Below are positions 50,640 through 64,000 of a stretch of 64,000 bases of DNA, piece by piece. Each line of letters starts with the position of its first letter. The stretch's first letter is position 1. The stretch lies in assembly GCF_009914755.1 (NCBI RefSeq), contig NC_060934.1; one strand, written 5' to 3'. Made by a program: the position numbers and the translations under genes. Below the pieces are notes generated by a model. The model was given only the letters and a program-made list of their open reading frames with translations, was not told the DNA's origin and did not search any database. This stretch comes from the human T2T-CHM13v2.0 reference genome, Homo sapiens.

Positions 50640-53600
50640 TCAATCGTCGCCGGCCTCTACCAGCCACTTGCTGCCGTTTCCCCATCTCTGTTTTCACTTG
50701 CCCTCTACCCCATCCTGCCACACAGTTGAAGTGTCTGTCATAAATGGATGCTGCACTGCACTTCTGAAAAGTCCAAACTCCAGGTCCTGGGACACAGGGT
50801 ACAAGAAAAAGGAGTGAAGAAGAAAGAAAATAGTTAGCCCTCCGATGTCGTGTTTCTAAGATTGTCCCTTTCTGCCCGCCTCCCACTCTTTGGAGTGGTA
50901 GGTTCAACTGAGCATCTGCTTATTTGGCCAACAGCTCTAACGGTGGCACAAAAGAAAGCTCCAGCACTTGAGGAGGCCCACCTTCCGCCAGGCATTTCAC
51001 TCACTGAGGTGCGAGGCTTCTAGAGGGAGAAGGGGCTCCTAGTTGGTTGGGTTTTAAAAGATGGAGAGAGGAAGTAGTTTCAGTGAAGAAGGGGTGTGGA
51101 GAAGAGGAAACTCATGGTGGGGCAGTAGTTCTAGGAATTGGGTGAGCAGGGATTGGGAAAGGCCATGTTGGGATTGCTGGGCTCACTGTTTGCTGGCTGG
51201 GGGTCCAAGCTGCAGAGAGATGTGGGGTATCCAGGCAGCAGAAAGAGGACTGATGGGAGCCTGCTTGGATTGAAAGATAGATCTGGAAGTGGGGCTATAC
51301 TGGGTGGGTATTCTGTGAGTTTCCCATTTTACAGATGGGAAAACTGAGGCCCAAGTAAGTAAAATGGCTTGGCCAGGGTCACATGGGTAGTGGCAGAGCT
51401 AAAACTAGAACTTGGTTTCAAGTCAGGCCTGGAATAACTAGGGATTTGGATGCTTATTGATTTTGTGGCCTTGGACAGCTTCCTTAACCCTCAGAGCCTC
51501 AATTTTCCCCATAAGTATAGTGGAGATGATAATATTTACCCTGTAGTGCTGTTTTGAGGACTGAATGAGCACTGGGTGATGCTCCATCTGTGTCCTTTCC
51601 ACTGCGCTCATCAGTCTTCAAGGCTGGGCAGTCTTACCATGCAAGGGATCCAGAAACTCAAAATATTCATAATCTGGGTTGTTTTGAGGGCAGATTTTGT
51701 CAGGCATTTGGGTAGCAGAGCATATGCAGTGAACAGAGAACACAGATGGATCAGAGAAGCAGGAAAGGAATATGGACCTTTCCCCATTGCTGGTGCACTT
51801 TGCTCTCCCATTTTAGTGTCTCCTTCTCACTGTCTTGATGACTTTCCTTCCTGCATCTCCTCCCCACTCTTACTTAGCCATAAATAGAAGTACATTCACC
51901 ATTACTTTCTGTTTTTAATGAATAATACACTATAGCCTCTGATCTGAATTTTAAAATTACCCACCCCCTTCGTCAATTTATTCAATACTCATTCATTCAA
52001 CAAGTATTTATTGAGCATCTGCTATGTGCCAGTCATTGTGCCAGGAGTTGGGGATATAGCAGTGAACAGAGCAGTCTAAATTCCCTGCCCATGTGGAACT
52101 TATCTTCTAGTGGGATAATTACCCGCCTCCACCCACATCCCTCACTGAATATATTTAGTTTCTATTTTTATTACTTTCTTCCTTGGCTGGTGTGTGTGTG
52201 CGCGCGCACGAGCGTGTGTGCGCGCGTGTATATCAGTGGTCCTCCATATAGAATAATCCCTACCATGGCTCAAATCTATTGTCTTGTATAGTAAGGCTTG
52301 GTTAACACTCAAAAGAAAGCGGAATAAGTGGCAAAGCCGATGACTCTCCTCCCCAGGTCCCACACCCACCATGCTGTTTTCCAGGACTTGATCATTTCAG
52401 TTTGGTTAAAGAGCGGTGGCAATCAGGGGTCTACATGGTCCTCTCCTCTGTCGTTCTGTGGAGTCACTGGGGGCAGGGCCGTGTGTGCTCTGTGGGGAAT
52501 AGTGCTGGGTATGCAGTAGGGGCTCAAAAAGATTTGCCGAATAAATATGTGTAAATGGATAAACTGATAATCAGAGCCTGTTGGTACTGTTTGGGTGAGG
52601 GCAGGACCAGGCAGTCTAGTGGTGTGCTTTGATTTGGGAGGTCTGGCCGTGGCAGGGCTTATCCTAGAGCAGATCTAATCCTGAGCTCTCACATGAGGGG
52701 AAGAAGTATGGCCCCTTGCTTCTTGCTGGGTCTCTTCCTCCCAGAAACCTAGTTGTTAGCCTCCTCTGCAGCTGCTGGGATTTACACAGTCCTTGGGAGT
52801 GTCTGTGAGTGAGAGAAGGTCCTGCTAAACAAAAAAGACAAAAGATAAGTGTTGGCAAGAATGCGGAGAAAAGGGAGCCCTTATACATTGATGGGAATGT
52901 AAATTAGGAATGCTTTCTTAAGAGCAAGGACAGACCAGAGAAAGGAAGGCTGGCTGCTGCTTGCACAGTAAGTGCCTATAATCTGCTCAGGGAGGTGAAC
53001 CCGGGGCCTTATCCCTCTGAGCAAGAGATTAAAGGTCTGAACTTGTGATTGCTGCTTGGCTGGGGATCTCTGCCATACACCAACAGGGAGCCCCGAGAGC
53101 ACAGCTGCTGCTGGAGGAAGTCAGCATGGGGACCACCAGTGGCAGGCTGTTGAAAACAAATGGGGCAAAGAAACGATTCCGATGCTATCGATTGGAGCTG
53201 ATGTTTGCAGAACAGCCGGAAATGACTTACTTGACTTCAAAACCAATAGGGAAACTGAAGTCAATGAGCCTAGGACAGACCTTGCTAAGCCCTGCAAAGG
53301 GTTTCTGTGTCCCCTGCCCTTCTCCCCTCCCTCCCAGAAATACCAATTACACATTAGCCCAGCCATCTCAACACCACTGAAACCCTGGTCTGGAGGATGG
53401 GATAGATACTCCCAGCCACCCAGCTCCTCCCTCCCCACTCCTTACCTTGGATGGCCTCCAGCTTTAATGGCTTCCTCAGCCTCCCACCGGGCTGGCTGCT
53501 GCTACCACCACCATCTGATCGCAATCCCCCCTTGCAGCCGTCATCAAGGCCTCCACTGTGTGTCAGGATGTGGATGAATGCCTTCACCCCCTTGGGTTAG

Positions 53601-53867
53601 TGGAGACACACTGGAGCTTTTGTTGTTGTTGTCGCTTACTTAAAAGGAACTCCACTAGTAAATTACAAAAACAAATCAGGAAAACAAAGTACAAAAGCTT
53701 AGAAATGGATGCATTTGTAGAGCAGGGATTCTTCCATCCGAGATAACTCAAGATTAGCTCAGTGAGCAGGGCCTACTAGAAACCCAGGCTCTCATACATA
53801 AGCCTTGTGAAATGATTATTCAGCAATTAAAAGGAGGAAAAATTTTTTTAAAAGCCCAGCCTCTTAA

Positions 53868-54044
53868 TTTTTTTTCTTTCTCTCGCTTTTTCTTCTTTCT
53901 TTCATTTCTTTCTTTCTTTCTTTCTCTTTCTCGCTTTCTTTTCTTTCTTTCTCTTTCTTTCTTTCTTCTTTCTTTCTTTCCTTCCTTCCTCCCTCCCTCT
54001 TTCTTTCTTTCTTTCCTTCCTTCCTTCCTTCTTTCCTCCCTCCC

Positions 54045-54096
<52 letters not shown>

Positions 54097-54223
54097 TCCT
54101 TCCTTCATTCTTTCCTCCCTCCCTCTTTCTTTCTTTCCTTCCTTCCTTCCTTCTTTTTCTCTCTCTCTCCTTCCTTCCTTCCTTTCTTTCTTCCTTCCTT
54201 CCTTCCTTCTCTCTCTTTCTTTT
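53868..54223. repeat. (TTTC)n/(TTCC)n polypyrimidine tract (~355 bp)
   Basis: Read directly; almost purine-free on the + strand. Confidence 0.95.
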
Positions 54224-54232
54224 GCCTCCACT

Positions 54233-54691
54233 GTGTCTTTGCCTGGGTCTCCCAAGAAGTAGATGCCAAGATGGGATTAAAGAAGCATGGATTTTACTAG
54301 GGGGACATACCTATGAGAGAGAAAATGGGGAGGGAACTATAAAAGGCTGGAAGAAGCAATGCAAGTCCAACCTCAAGTGAAGAAGAGGAAGAAGAGGAAG
54401 AAGACAGGTCCAGTAGGGGAATGCTTGGCCGCTCTGCAGTTTGAGGAAGGCTCAGCAAGGCCATTGTAGAGTCCTCAAGCCAAAGTTGGCTGTCAGAGGA
54501 GTCCGATGTCTCCAAGGAAGGGACCTGCTTTTGTATTCCTGTTGTGCTTAGTCTTCAGCGAGGAGCAGAGCCTAGGAAGTATGGCTTCAGTGCAAACTAG
54601 GTGATGGATTTCAGAGTCCAGCACTGAGAGTCTTGGTCAGTTCTGCTGCCTGCAGTTGGAGGTCTGCCAGGCACATTCTTATGGCCACCAT
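54233..54691 (-). mobile_element. ERVL LTR16-type solo LTR
   Basis: tgtgtctttgcctgggtctcccaagaagtagatgccaagatgggatta..gagtcctcaagccaaagttg..atggatttcagag..atggccacca. Confidence 0.65.
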
Positions 54692-54860
54692 AACCCTGTC
54701 TGCATTGGGATGTCTGAAACCAAGCCACAGACAGATTCTACCCTTTTTCAATGGACTCTGGCTCTTTCTCTGGTCTTCTAGATAGCCACATAACTCACTC
54801 CCACTATCCCGTTTTCCACGAAGTCTCCCCTGGCTACTCCATATAAAATTACAACTTTCT

Positions 54861-55161
<301 letters not shown>

Positions 55162-57273
55162 AAAAACTATAGCTTTCTGTCCAACGAAATATACACGCCT
55201 CCTTCCCTGTGTATATTTGCCCCGGCTCTTATCACTATCTAACCTACCATATGTTTTTATTTATTGTGTTTATTGTCTCTCTTTCCTACTAAGGTAGCAT
55301 TCCATGAGAGCATTAGCAGGATTTTCGTCTATCCTGGTCAGTGCTGTATTCCCAAAGCCAAACAGTGCCTGGCACCTGATAGCTATTTGTTGAATGAATA
55401 AAGAGTGGCTCTTGTTCAGGGTAATCTTTGGGCTCAGTGTCTCCAGCAGCTATGTGGACCTCAGGAAAAGGGCTCCCTTTTTTAGAGCTTGAGAAATTCA
55501 CATCCCTTTCCAGGAGCTATAGAAGTAGGTGCTATGGTGCAAGGATTAATAGCATAGGATTTGGCATTAGACAGACTCAAGTACTGATTCCAGCTCCATC
55601 ACTTACAAGTTGTGTGACCTTAAGCAAAGCACTTAACCTCTCTGTGCCGGGGCTCCCTCATCAGTGAAATGAGGACAAAAATCTACCACTCAGAATGGTT
55701 TTAAGGTTGAGAAGCTTCCGATGACCCCAAGTAAGGCTTGATGAAGACTTTTCCTTACTTAAGGGTCAGCACTCACTAATTGTTTATCAACAAACAATTT
55801 TTTCACCTGAGGGAGAACTTCAGCTCTGCCTACTTCCCCAGGTCCTCTGGGCCTTCTCCTATGATTCCTCACCTCCAGTCATTCCCCCTGCCCGAAGAGC
55901 TGTAAGGCTTTGGAATTCCTTAACTCTAGGTCTCCATCATAACTGATAACTATCATTTTCATGGGGGATGATTGCTTTGCATACACGGTTATACAACTTA
56001 AATAATTAGAGCTGTATGATGATGGGGACTGTGTATCTGGTCCCCTGCTATGCCCCCAGGGTCTGATGCTACGTGAGTACACAGTCAACATTATGAAGTC
56101 ATCACAGCCAACTGGAAGGTTGATATCATTCCTATTTTACAGATGTGGAGACTAAGGCTTGCCCACAGTCACAGATTAAATAAGTGGTAGAGCCAAGACT
56201 TCAACCCAGATCTGTCTGATCCCCAAACCTGAGAGTTTTCTATTCTATGAAGCTGCCTGAGGAAGGTGGCTCTTTCACATTATCCTCACACAAAAGGAGA
56301 GCCCAGGTGTAGGCACAGACTCATGGTGGTCTCAGGACTCATCTGGTACCCTGGTTGTAGAAAGTATCAAGGTATTCAGATTCAGTGGTGGTGGGGAGAG
56401 TATGGCTTCACAAACACTGTGCCTTTAGCCCATTGACTTTTATTGCCAGTATGTTCTTTTCCAGATTGGGTGAATCATCCTTGGTTGGCGGGTAGACCTC
56501 TCTTAATTTTTTTAGCTGCCCCTGAATTCTTGACAACGTTGAGTCATTCCTTGGCAGGACATTGCCAATGTTGTGGCAATTGGGACAATTGGTGTGAGCC
56601 GAATGGCTTAGTTATCTAACCTATAGGTTTTCTTTAAACACAGCACAGAGTTTAACTCTGTTCTAGGGAGTGTTTGAAAGAGCGGTGGCAGTTCTTTAAT
56701 CCTTGCAGAATGCTTTCAAAATCTCAAGGGTGGGTGGAGGTAGGTGGAAGACAGAGGGGGTATATTTGTAAACTGTAAAGGATGTCTTTTAACAATCCAA
56801 GCTGGGCTGTTTGTGCTTGAAATAAGACTCAGGCAGGCACACAAATACACAAACACCCTGTGATGAAAAACCTCAGTCTTTATTGTACAAACAGCTGTGT
56901 TTGCCTTTAAATGATGCAATTAAAATAATGTTAAGGATAAGTAGAGTGTGGCCTTAGCTAGGGTCCTATTTGAGAATCAGAGGAAGAGCTGCTGATGGGG
57001 CATGGTTTTTGAGAGACATCTCAAAGGCTGTTCTTTCTCAAAAACCTCCCACCCTCATTCTGCTTTGGGGGCTGTGACTTTTCACCATTGGCCACTAGTA
57101 GAAGGTATAACATTGGGCCTTTTATCAAAGATCTGGGGTATATATAGGTGATGAGTAAGTGGTAGCATATTAATGCACTCGTGCACAGTGACACTCAGTC
57201 ATTTTAGGTGTCAAGTTAGCAAGCTGATGCCCTGGGAAAGCTTGGAGAATACAGGTGATAAGCTATGGTTTGG

Positions 57274-58128
57274 CTGTGAAGTCTTGTTGCTTTTGTTCAC
57301 CCAGCATATTTTTTCCTTTTTTTTGAGACAGAGTTTCACTCTTGTTGCCCAGGCTGGAGTGCAAAGCACAATCTCACCTCATTGCAACCTCTGCCTCCCG
57401 GTTTCAAGCAATTCTCCTGCCTCAGCCTCCTGAGTAGCTGGGATTACGGCACCCACCACCACGCCAGGCTAATTTTTTGTATTTTTAGTAGAGAAGGGGT
57501 TTCATCATATTGGCCAGGGTGGTGTCGAACTCATGACCTTAGGTGATCCACCCGCCTCAGCTTCCCAAAGTGCTGGGATTACAGGCGTGAACCACTGCGC
57601 CCAGCAGCATATTTTTTTCTAGACATAGGATCCTGATTTTAATTTGGGGAACCATCCCTCCTCTAAGCTTAGTCCATGGAATTTCAGTGGGCATGTGACC
57701 TAGGCTTAGCCAGTCAGAGCTCTGCATTCTCTTGGGCACTGTAATTGGATCAAGAATAGGCATGTGACTTGATCCAAGCCAATAGGAGGCCTTATCTAGA
57801 ATTGTGCTGGCGCTATTGGGACAGAGCTGTATTCCTGCAGGTTCCTAAGCTGGTGGAATGCAAGGCTGGAACACCTGGGTGGGAGTGAAAGACGTAATGG
57901 AGGAAGAGTCTGCCTGAGAGTAAAGCCAAGGCAGAGGAAAGGAGACTGGAAAGAGAAGAGGGACACAGTCCTCAGGACATTAGAAGCCCTGGATCTTGTC
58001 ATGCCTAAAAACAATTTACTTTCAACTTTTATATGATATAATGAACTAATAACTTCATCTCTCCTAACACCCTCTCTTTTCTTTTTTACCTAAGCTTGTC
58101 ACCTGAAACTGAATCTTGATTCGATATA
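57274..58128 (+). mobile_element. Old MaLR LTR (MLT1J/K-type), split by an Alu
   Basis: gggcatgtgacctaggcttagccagtcagag..ggcatgtgacttgatccaagccaat..gcctgagagtaaagccaaggcagaggaaagg..ccctggatcttgtcatgcct. Confidence 0.65.
57315..57605 (-). mobile_element. AluSp/Sq-type inserted in an MLT1 LTR
   Basis: gagtttcactcttgttgcccagg; TSD agcatatttttt at 57303-57314 and 57606-57617. Confidence 0.92.
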
Positions 58129-58671
58129 TTTTACTTGTTTACTCCTTTTTCTCTCCCACCAGACTGTAAGCTTCCTAAAAGCAGGAATTTTTGTCTTATT
58201 CATCTTTATATCCTTAGTATCTAGCATAGTAGAACTTCAGTACTGAACTGTAGCAGCCAAAGAGAAAAGATGCCAAGAGTGTTCACTTTAAGCAAGGTGG
58301 TCTTGAACAACAAGATGGCCTATTCTGCTTCCCTAGTGCAGAGGCAAACTGAAGAGCTATGCATCTTTTCTGAGCCATTGTGCAAAGGGCTTGGCGGGGG
58401 GAAGATCAGGGTGGACTATATGGAAGAGAGTGGTGCTTGATCCAGGGAAAGAGATCCACAATGATTATCAACAAAGAGTGGGTGAGTGCTGATATTAGTA
58501 CCCAGAGATCAGATGCAGAACTAAATGAGGGTTGGAAAACCAGAAAAAGCAAGAATGCATGCCCAGAGGTCAAAACTAGCAAATGGGAGGTGACTGGATG
58601 GATTTTGGAGACAGAAGTCAATATCTTCAGCTTGGCATTTGATAGAGAGGTCAGGCCCATTCAAAGGGAGA

Positions 58672-59023
58672 TGTCTTAGTTCATTTTATGTTGCTATGAC
58701 AGAATATCACAGACTAGACAATTTAAAAACAACAGAAATTTACTTAGCTCATAGTTTTGGATGCTGGGAAGTACAAGAGCATGGCACTGGCATCTGGTGA
58801 GAGCCTTCTTGCTGTGTCATCCCATGGCAGAAGGCAAGAGGGCATGAGAGAGCAGAGAGAAGTGCTTTTGTAACAAACCCACACTCACAATAACTCATCC
58901 ACCCATGAAATGATGAGAGGCAGAGTCCTCATGACCTAATCACTTTTTATTAGGTTCCATCTCCCAATACAGGGGATTACGTTTCTGATACATGAACTTT
59001 AGGGCACACATCAAACCATAACA
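58672..59023 (-). mobile_element. MST-type (MSTB-like) MaLR solo LTR
   Basis: tgtcttagttcattttatgttgctat..gcatggcactggcatctggtgagagccttcttgctgtgtcatcccatggcagaagg..caaaccataaca. Confidence 0.88.
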
Positions 59024-59740
59024 GGGGGAAAGACAAGATGAGGAGAGATGAAAATTTGGGGTGCCTTCCCAGGAGGCTGGACTCAGAATGTGTAACAGAG
59101 ACAACATTCCCCATTTTCATCATTTTTCTAAAACCTTTAAATTTGGTGACAGAAGTTGTTGGTACCCTTCTTCCAACTCTGCCTTTTATGGGAGTGAATT
59201 AACTTGAGTGGGAGAGATGGGTAGGGGGCTTTAGAAGCATCTCAGTATATCCTGGTTTATTCCATAATTATGCATGACCTCATGGAGCAGCCCCTGCCCG
59301 GGTACCCTGTCTTCCAAAGTAAATCCAAGTGTGAGTCATTGCGTCATTCCCATATACTGACTAGAAGAGACCAAGTTAGATTTCAAACAAGCTCAGGACA
59401 CCTAGTATTCAAAAACTTATGAGCCAGGAGCCACTTCTTCTTCCATCATTAAACTTATTGAATCTGTTCTCAAGTCTCTATATCTGGATATCTGGATGCC
59501 ATGCTCCTGTATAAAGGAAGGAGAAGGATGTCTCCATGGCTTAAATAAGTTGAACATTTAATAAGCCTGAGCCTTAAGTATTGCTGGGGGTGATGCAACA
59601 GGAATCAGCAATCAATAGTTGCTCTTTTTAGAGTGACTAGCTGCATCCCATAGGAAAACTTGTTTAGTCTCCTTCCTTCTCTGTCTTATGACTCCCCCAA
59701 ATCCTCACTCTGGCACCAATCAGGAGATGCATGGGAAAAG

Positions 59741-59751
59741 GTGAGTCAGCA
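59741..59751 (+). promoter_or_regulatory. ARE/MARE motif (NRF2/BACH1-sMAF) with embedded AP-1
   Basis: GTGAGTCAGCA matches RTGASTCAGCA. Confidence 0.45.
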
Positions 59752-59932
59752 TAGCTTTTGCTCCCTACATGACAGAGTCAGAGAGTTTAATTGATAAGCC
59801 AGGAGATTTGGATTGTAATCCTAGCTCTTTAAGACCTTCATTCTTTGGCCTTTGGAAAGAGTCGCTCCTCTCTGAACTTCAGTGGCTTGTTGATTCTGTA
59901 ACTCTGGGAATTGATGATAAAGCAATCCCCTC

Positions 59933-59934
<2 letters not shown>

Positions 59935-60002
<68 letters not shown>
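59935..60002. repeat. (GT)34 microsatellite
   Basis: 68 nt of uninterrupted GT. Confidence 0.97.
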
Positions 60003-60005
<3 letters not shown>

Positions 60006-61869
60006 GAAGTACTGTCCAGGGCTTGGAAGGCTGAGCACTTGGCCTCAGTGTCTGGATCTTGCCTTGTGAGATGTCTACAATCCCTTTGGGCTGACCCCAG
60101 CTTTCTATATGTGTCCTCTCAGCCACACCTCCCAAAAGATGCCTGGATTTTTTAGTTGGGAAATCTAAAGTTGGCAAACTTTAGAGGAGACCAAAATGTT
60201 GTGCCACCAGAGACCAGCAGGGGTTTCAATAAATGAAACTTTAGCATTGAAAACATTCAAGTCCAATTCCCTCAGAAAAGTTACTGAAAATAAAGATTAT
60301 TTACTTAAACACCCAAAGATAGCATTTACGAAAAAGGCACTTTGCAGGGAAATCAATCTTAATGTTGCCTTTCGTGATTCCAAATCCGTATGTGCTGTTA
60401 AGAAGTGGCCCTTAACATTTCCTTGGGTCTCTGTTCACCAGGACTCTCCCCAGATAGACCTGTTTTTGCTCTGGGGCTTTCTCTTCTTTTTTCTAATAAA
60501 GTTATGAGAAAACTGGAGGATAGGCAGTGGGACAGCCACCCTATGATGAGCACTGATATTAAGAAGGGTTCTTGTCATTTGGTTCCCAACTGCAAGTCAT
60601 TACAAGGAAAGGAACGTTAGTGATAGAAAGGCACAAGCTTCAGCTCAAATCCTTAACTTTGGGATTTTGTCATAAAACTCTTATGCTGAGAATGGTCTTT
60701 TAGAGTCCTTTGCTCACTACTCATGCACAAGTGTCTGAGTTTCCCAAGGGAAAAATAAGCAAAACCTTCATGCTGCCTTTGGATTAATTTTTTTGTAGCT
60801 TAGAAGTTGGTACAATATCAAGTGATTAAGTGAACGATGACATTCTTTTCTCGCCTTAGATCAGTTTTGCTTTTCCCATGACAACCTGAAAATAGATATC
60901 TATATTATCTCCATTTTATAGATGAGGAAACATAAGCTTAGAGAAGTAAAAGAATTCATTCAAGTTCACATAGACAGTCAGTGGCAGAGTCAGGATTTAG
61001 ACCCACATATTTCTGATTTCAAAACTCAAGTTCTTTATCCCAGAACTGGCATTTGGCATGTATTGCTATACATCCTGTGTAACTTGCTACTTTGAATTTA
61101 GCTCTTTGTATTTTCTGCAGATCTTGGCATATACAAAAAGCTCAATAAATGCCTCTTAATTAGTTGATTAGTGGTGAGGGTTTTTTCTTAATTTGATTCC
61201 TATGATTTTATTATTTATTTCCAACTAGTAGCATTTTAGCCTTCTTGAGTATAAGTCATTAAAGACCTGGGATGGCCTTTGTTGACAAGTATCATTTTAA
61301 GTTCTGGATTCCAAATAAGGAATTAATAGATAGATGTCAGAGAAGGAGCTGAACTAGAGCTCCTGAGTCTTGATCTAATTAGGGAGCTTGATGACGATTT
61401 TGTTTATAGACTATGAATCATTCATTTCATTTCCCAGGACATTCAGCTAAGCTTCTTCATTACTACTACCACAACCATCATCATCAGCATCACCACCAGT
61501 ATATAGGTACGGAGATCTTTATGCTTGCAAGATACATTTCTAGATTCTGGAATAGATATAAAGCAATATAATATAGTTCCTATCTTTGAAGAGTTTTCAA
61601 TCCAATTGGGAAACCAGGGAAGGCTTCAATGTGGAAGTTTAGCCTGAGCTTTCAAAGTAAAGTTGTTTGGAAGAGAAGAGGAGTATTGTTAGAATTTATA
61701 ATATTCCAGACAGAGGGAACAATATAAGCAAAGGCAGAGAGATATGGAAGTACATGCTTTCAGAAAATCCGTATTTAAAGATGTGTAAGCACTAGAATGG
61801 AGGGTATTTAAAAGTTGCAACCCATCTGTAATATATCTTATGTGGTGTGAGGTAGGGATATAACTTTAT

Positions 61870-62180
61870 ACTTTCTCCCCTCAGCACCATTTAATGAATT
61901 GTCAATCGTTTCCCAACTAATTAAAAATAAGACCTTTTTCATATATCAAATTCCCTTAAAGACTTGGGTCTGTTTCTGAATTCTGTTTCTGTTTCATTGA
62001 CCTCTTTGTATCTGGGCCAGTACCACATTATTTAAATTCATAAAGCTTTGCAATATGTCTTGACATCTGGTAGGACAAGACCCTCTCTTTGTTCTTTTTC
62101 AAAATAGTTATGGCTATTCTTGCACATTGACTCTTCCATATGAATTTTAGAGGTTGCTAATCAAATTCCCTGAGAAATCA
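61870..62180 (-). mobile_element. Old L1M fragment
   Basis: cagcaccattt..gggtctgtttctg..gtttcattg..gccagtaccaca..gttctttttcaaaatagttatggctattcttg..ttccatatgaattttag (L1 ORF2 antisense). Confidence 0.75.
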
Positions 62181-62530
62181 CAGGGGGTATGAAAGGAATG
62201 CCGTGAGGCATAGAGGAGTGTAATGGACCATGAGGCTGGCAAAGTAGTTTGAAGGTCAAATGATGGAGACTTCGATTGTCTAGCCAAGACTTGCAGAGCC
62301 CACAGCACTTCTGGGCATTTTTAAAGGAGCTGAGATAACTTTTGGCATCCAGGCCCCTCCCTTAAGAAACTTGTCTGTAATGCCTTGCACGTAGACTGCT
62401 ACAGACTGGCCAGAACACCCATGTCCCCAGAGCTCTGCATGGCGGGCTGAAGAGAGATCTCAGCCTGTCAGAGGAGCAAAGAAAGTCTTGTCCACCTTGC
62501 CTATTCAGAACTCAGAAGTGACCTGATTCT

Positions 62531-62829
62531 GGTCAGGTGCAGTGGCTCACGCCTGTAATCCTAGCACTTTGGGAGGCTGAGGCGGGTAGATCACCTGAGG
62601 TCAGGAGTTTGAGACCAGTCTGGCCAACATGGTGAAACCCCATCTCTACTAAAAATACAAAAATTGGCCAGGCGTGATGGCATGCACCTATAGTCCCAGC
62701 TACTCAGGAGGCTGAGACAGGAGACTTGCTTGAATCCCTGGGGGTGGAGGTTGCAGTGAGCTGAGATGGCATCACTGCACTCCAGCCTGGGCAACAGAGT
62801 GAGACTCCATCTCAACAACAACAACAACA
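62531..62829 (+). mobile_element. AluS with (CAA)n tail
   Basis: Dimeric Alu; TSD aagt(g/a)acctgattct at 62516-62530 and 62830-62844. Confidence 0.93.
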
Positions 62830-64000
62830 AAGTAACCTGATTCTGAAGTCCCAAGGCAGTTCCTTTCTCTCTGCCTTGGTCTTTTGACTGCCTCTGCTTT
62901 CCCTGGCCACCATCTGTCACAGTTACAGATGATTGGACAAAGATAAGGAGAGAGAGTCAGCTGTCCATTGTGTCTTCCTTGAGGACTAATGTCAGCCTTG
63001 GATCAGAAATCACAGGGAGCAACCCTGGCCTTTGGGTTTTGGGGGGAGCATGTGAGCCCCTCGAACAAGTCTCCAGGGAGAGGCTGCCCTCTCATCCATC
63101 CCATTGCATTAGCTACAAGACAGAGGCATAAGAGCTGGAAAATGCCTCTCCTCTGCCTGCCTTTCTGGTTTCTCTCTTCTTTGTTTTTTGTGTATGTCTT
63201 CATTCAACATGTATTAAATGAACACTTGCTATGTGTCAGGTGCCGAGTAAACAATGTGAGCAAAACAGGCTTAGCTTCTGTCGTCATGGAGTTTATGGTC
63301 TGGAGGAGGAGACAGCAAGCGATAAGCTAACTAACAAACATACACATACTTCCCTTCTTCTCCAAGCATAGCCCTCCTTCAGGAAGCCTTTGCCAAAAAT
63401 GGACAGAGGAATGTGGGCTGATGTATTTATTAAAAGGAGAGGGTTCTAGCCATACAAGCCTGGGGGTGCTTGAGTGAAGAATAATGGGTGGTTTCTATGT
63501 GTAAGAGGCAGTCTTGAAAATATGACTGGGATTCCCATTTGTTTGACCCTGCCAGGTAATTCCTGTCTCCCTTTCTGAGGGTCAGATAAAAGTCTCATAT
63601 CTGAATAACATCCCCCACTGGATGGCATGAACTATAGGAGGATGGAGGTGTTATTCTGTTCTAAGCAAGGAGGAGGAGAATGGTGAATACATTCTATATC
63701 CAAAGGTGATGGGGAGGAGGACAGAATATTCTGGCAGGAGAATCCTGACTTCTCAGAGGCAATCTGTAAAATGTCCACCCCAGAGGGGTTCCTGGAGCTG
63801 GTGACTACCATGTGATGTATATGATTGAAATTCTGAGTCAGTTCTGCAGCCAGTCGAATCTGAGAGACCAGGAGAGCAAGGAATATATGAAAAGGAGAAA
63901 GGGATGGTGGCATGGCCTTGAACCCAGCCACAGGCCATCTCAGGAGAAGATGGAGGAGAAGGAGCATGTAGATCCATGGAAGAGGTGCAGGGGGCTCTTG

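Overview
Human (primate) genomic DNA covering the 5' end of CRTAC1 (cartilage acidic protein 1 / LOTUS, 10q24.2) on the minus strand. Coding exon 1 (MAPSADPG, 20838-20861) lies in a CpG-island promoter. A 19.1-kb intron 1 follows, then the 200-nt coding exon 2 (signal peptide plus first FG-GAP Ca-binding repeat, 1511-1710) and the start of intron 2. The remaining ~43 kb is upstream intergenic DNA dense in Alu, MIR, L2, L1, CR1/L3, MaLR/ERVL LTRs and hAT/Tigger DNA-transposon fossils. No other protein-coding gene is supported; almost all listed ORFs are repeat- or GC-content artefacts. I see no evidence of a new multi-gene system. The most notable observations are: (1) a consensus REST/NRSF RE1 site inside the dead reverse-transcriptase sequence of a CR1/L3 element ~25 kb upstream of this neuronally expressed gene; (2) a symmetric (CAG)4(CGG)18(CAG)3 repeat at the intronic edge of the CpG island, with ATGs just upstream and a strong CTCF motif nearby; (3) a 103-bp inverted templated insertion copied from ~750 bp away into an AluJ; (4) a ~385-bp degenerate CAG/CAA tract carrying an ORF that reads all three repeat registers; (5) a small orphan CpG-rich element next to a tailless U2 retrocopy. 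Repeat family names come from recalled consensus sequences and their boundaries are approximate.
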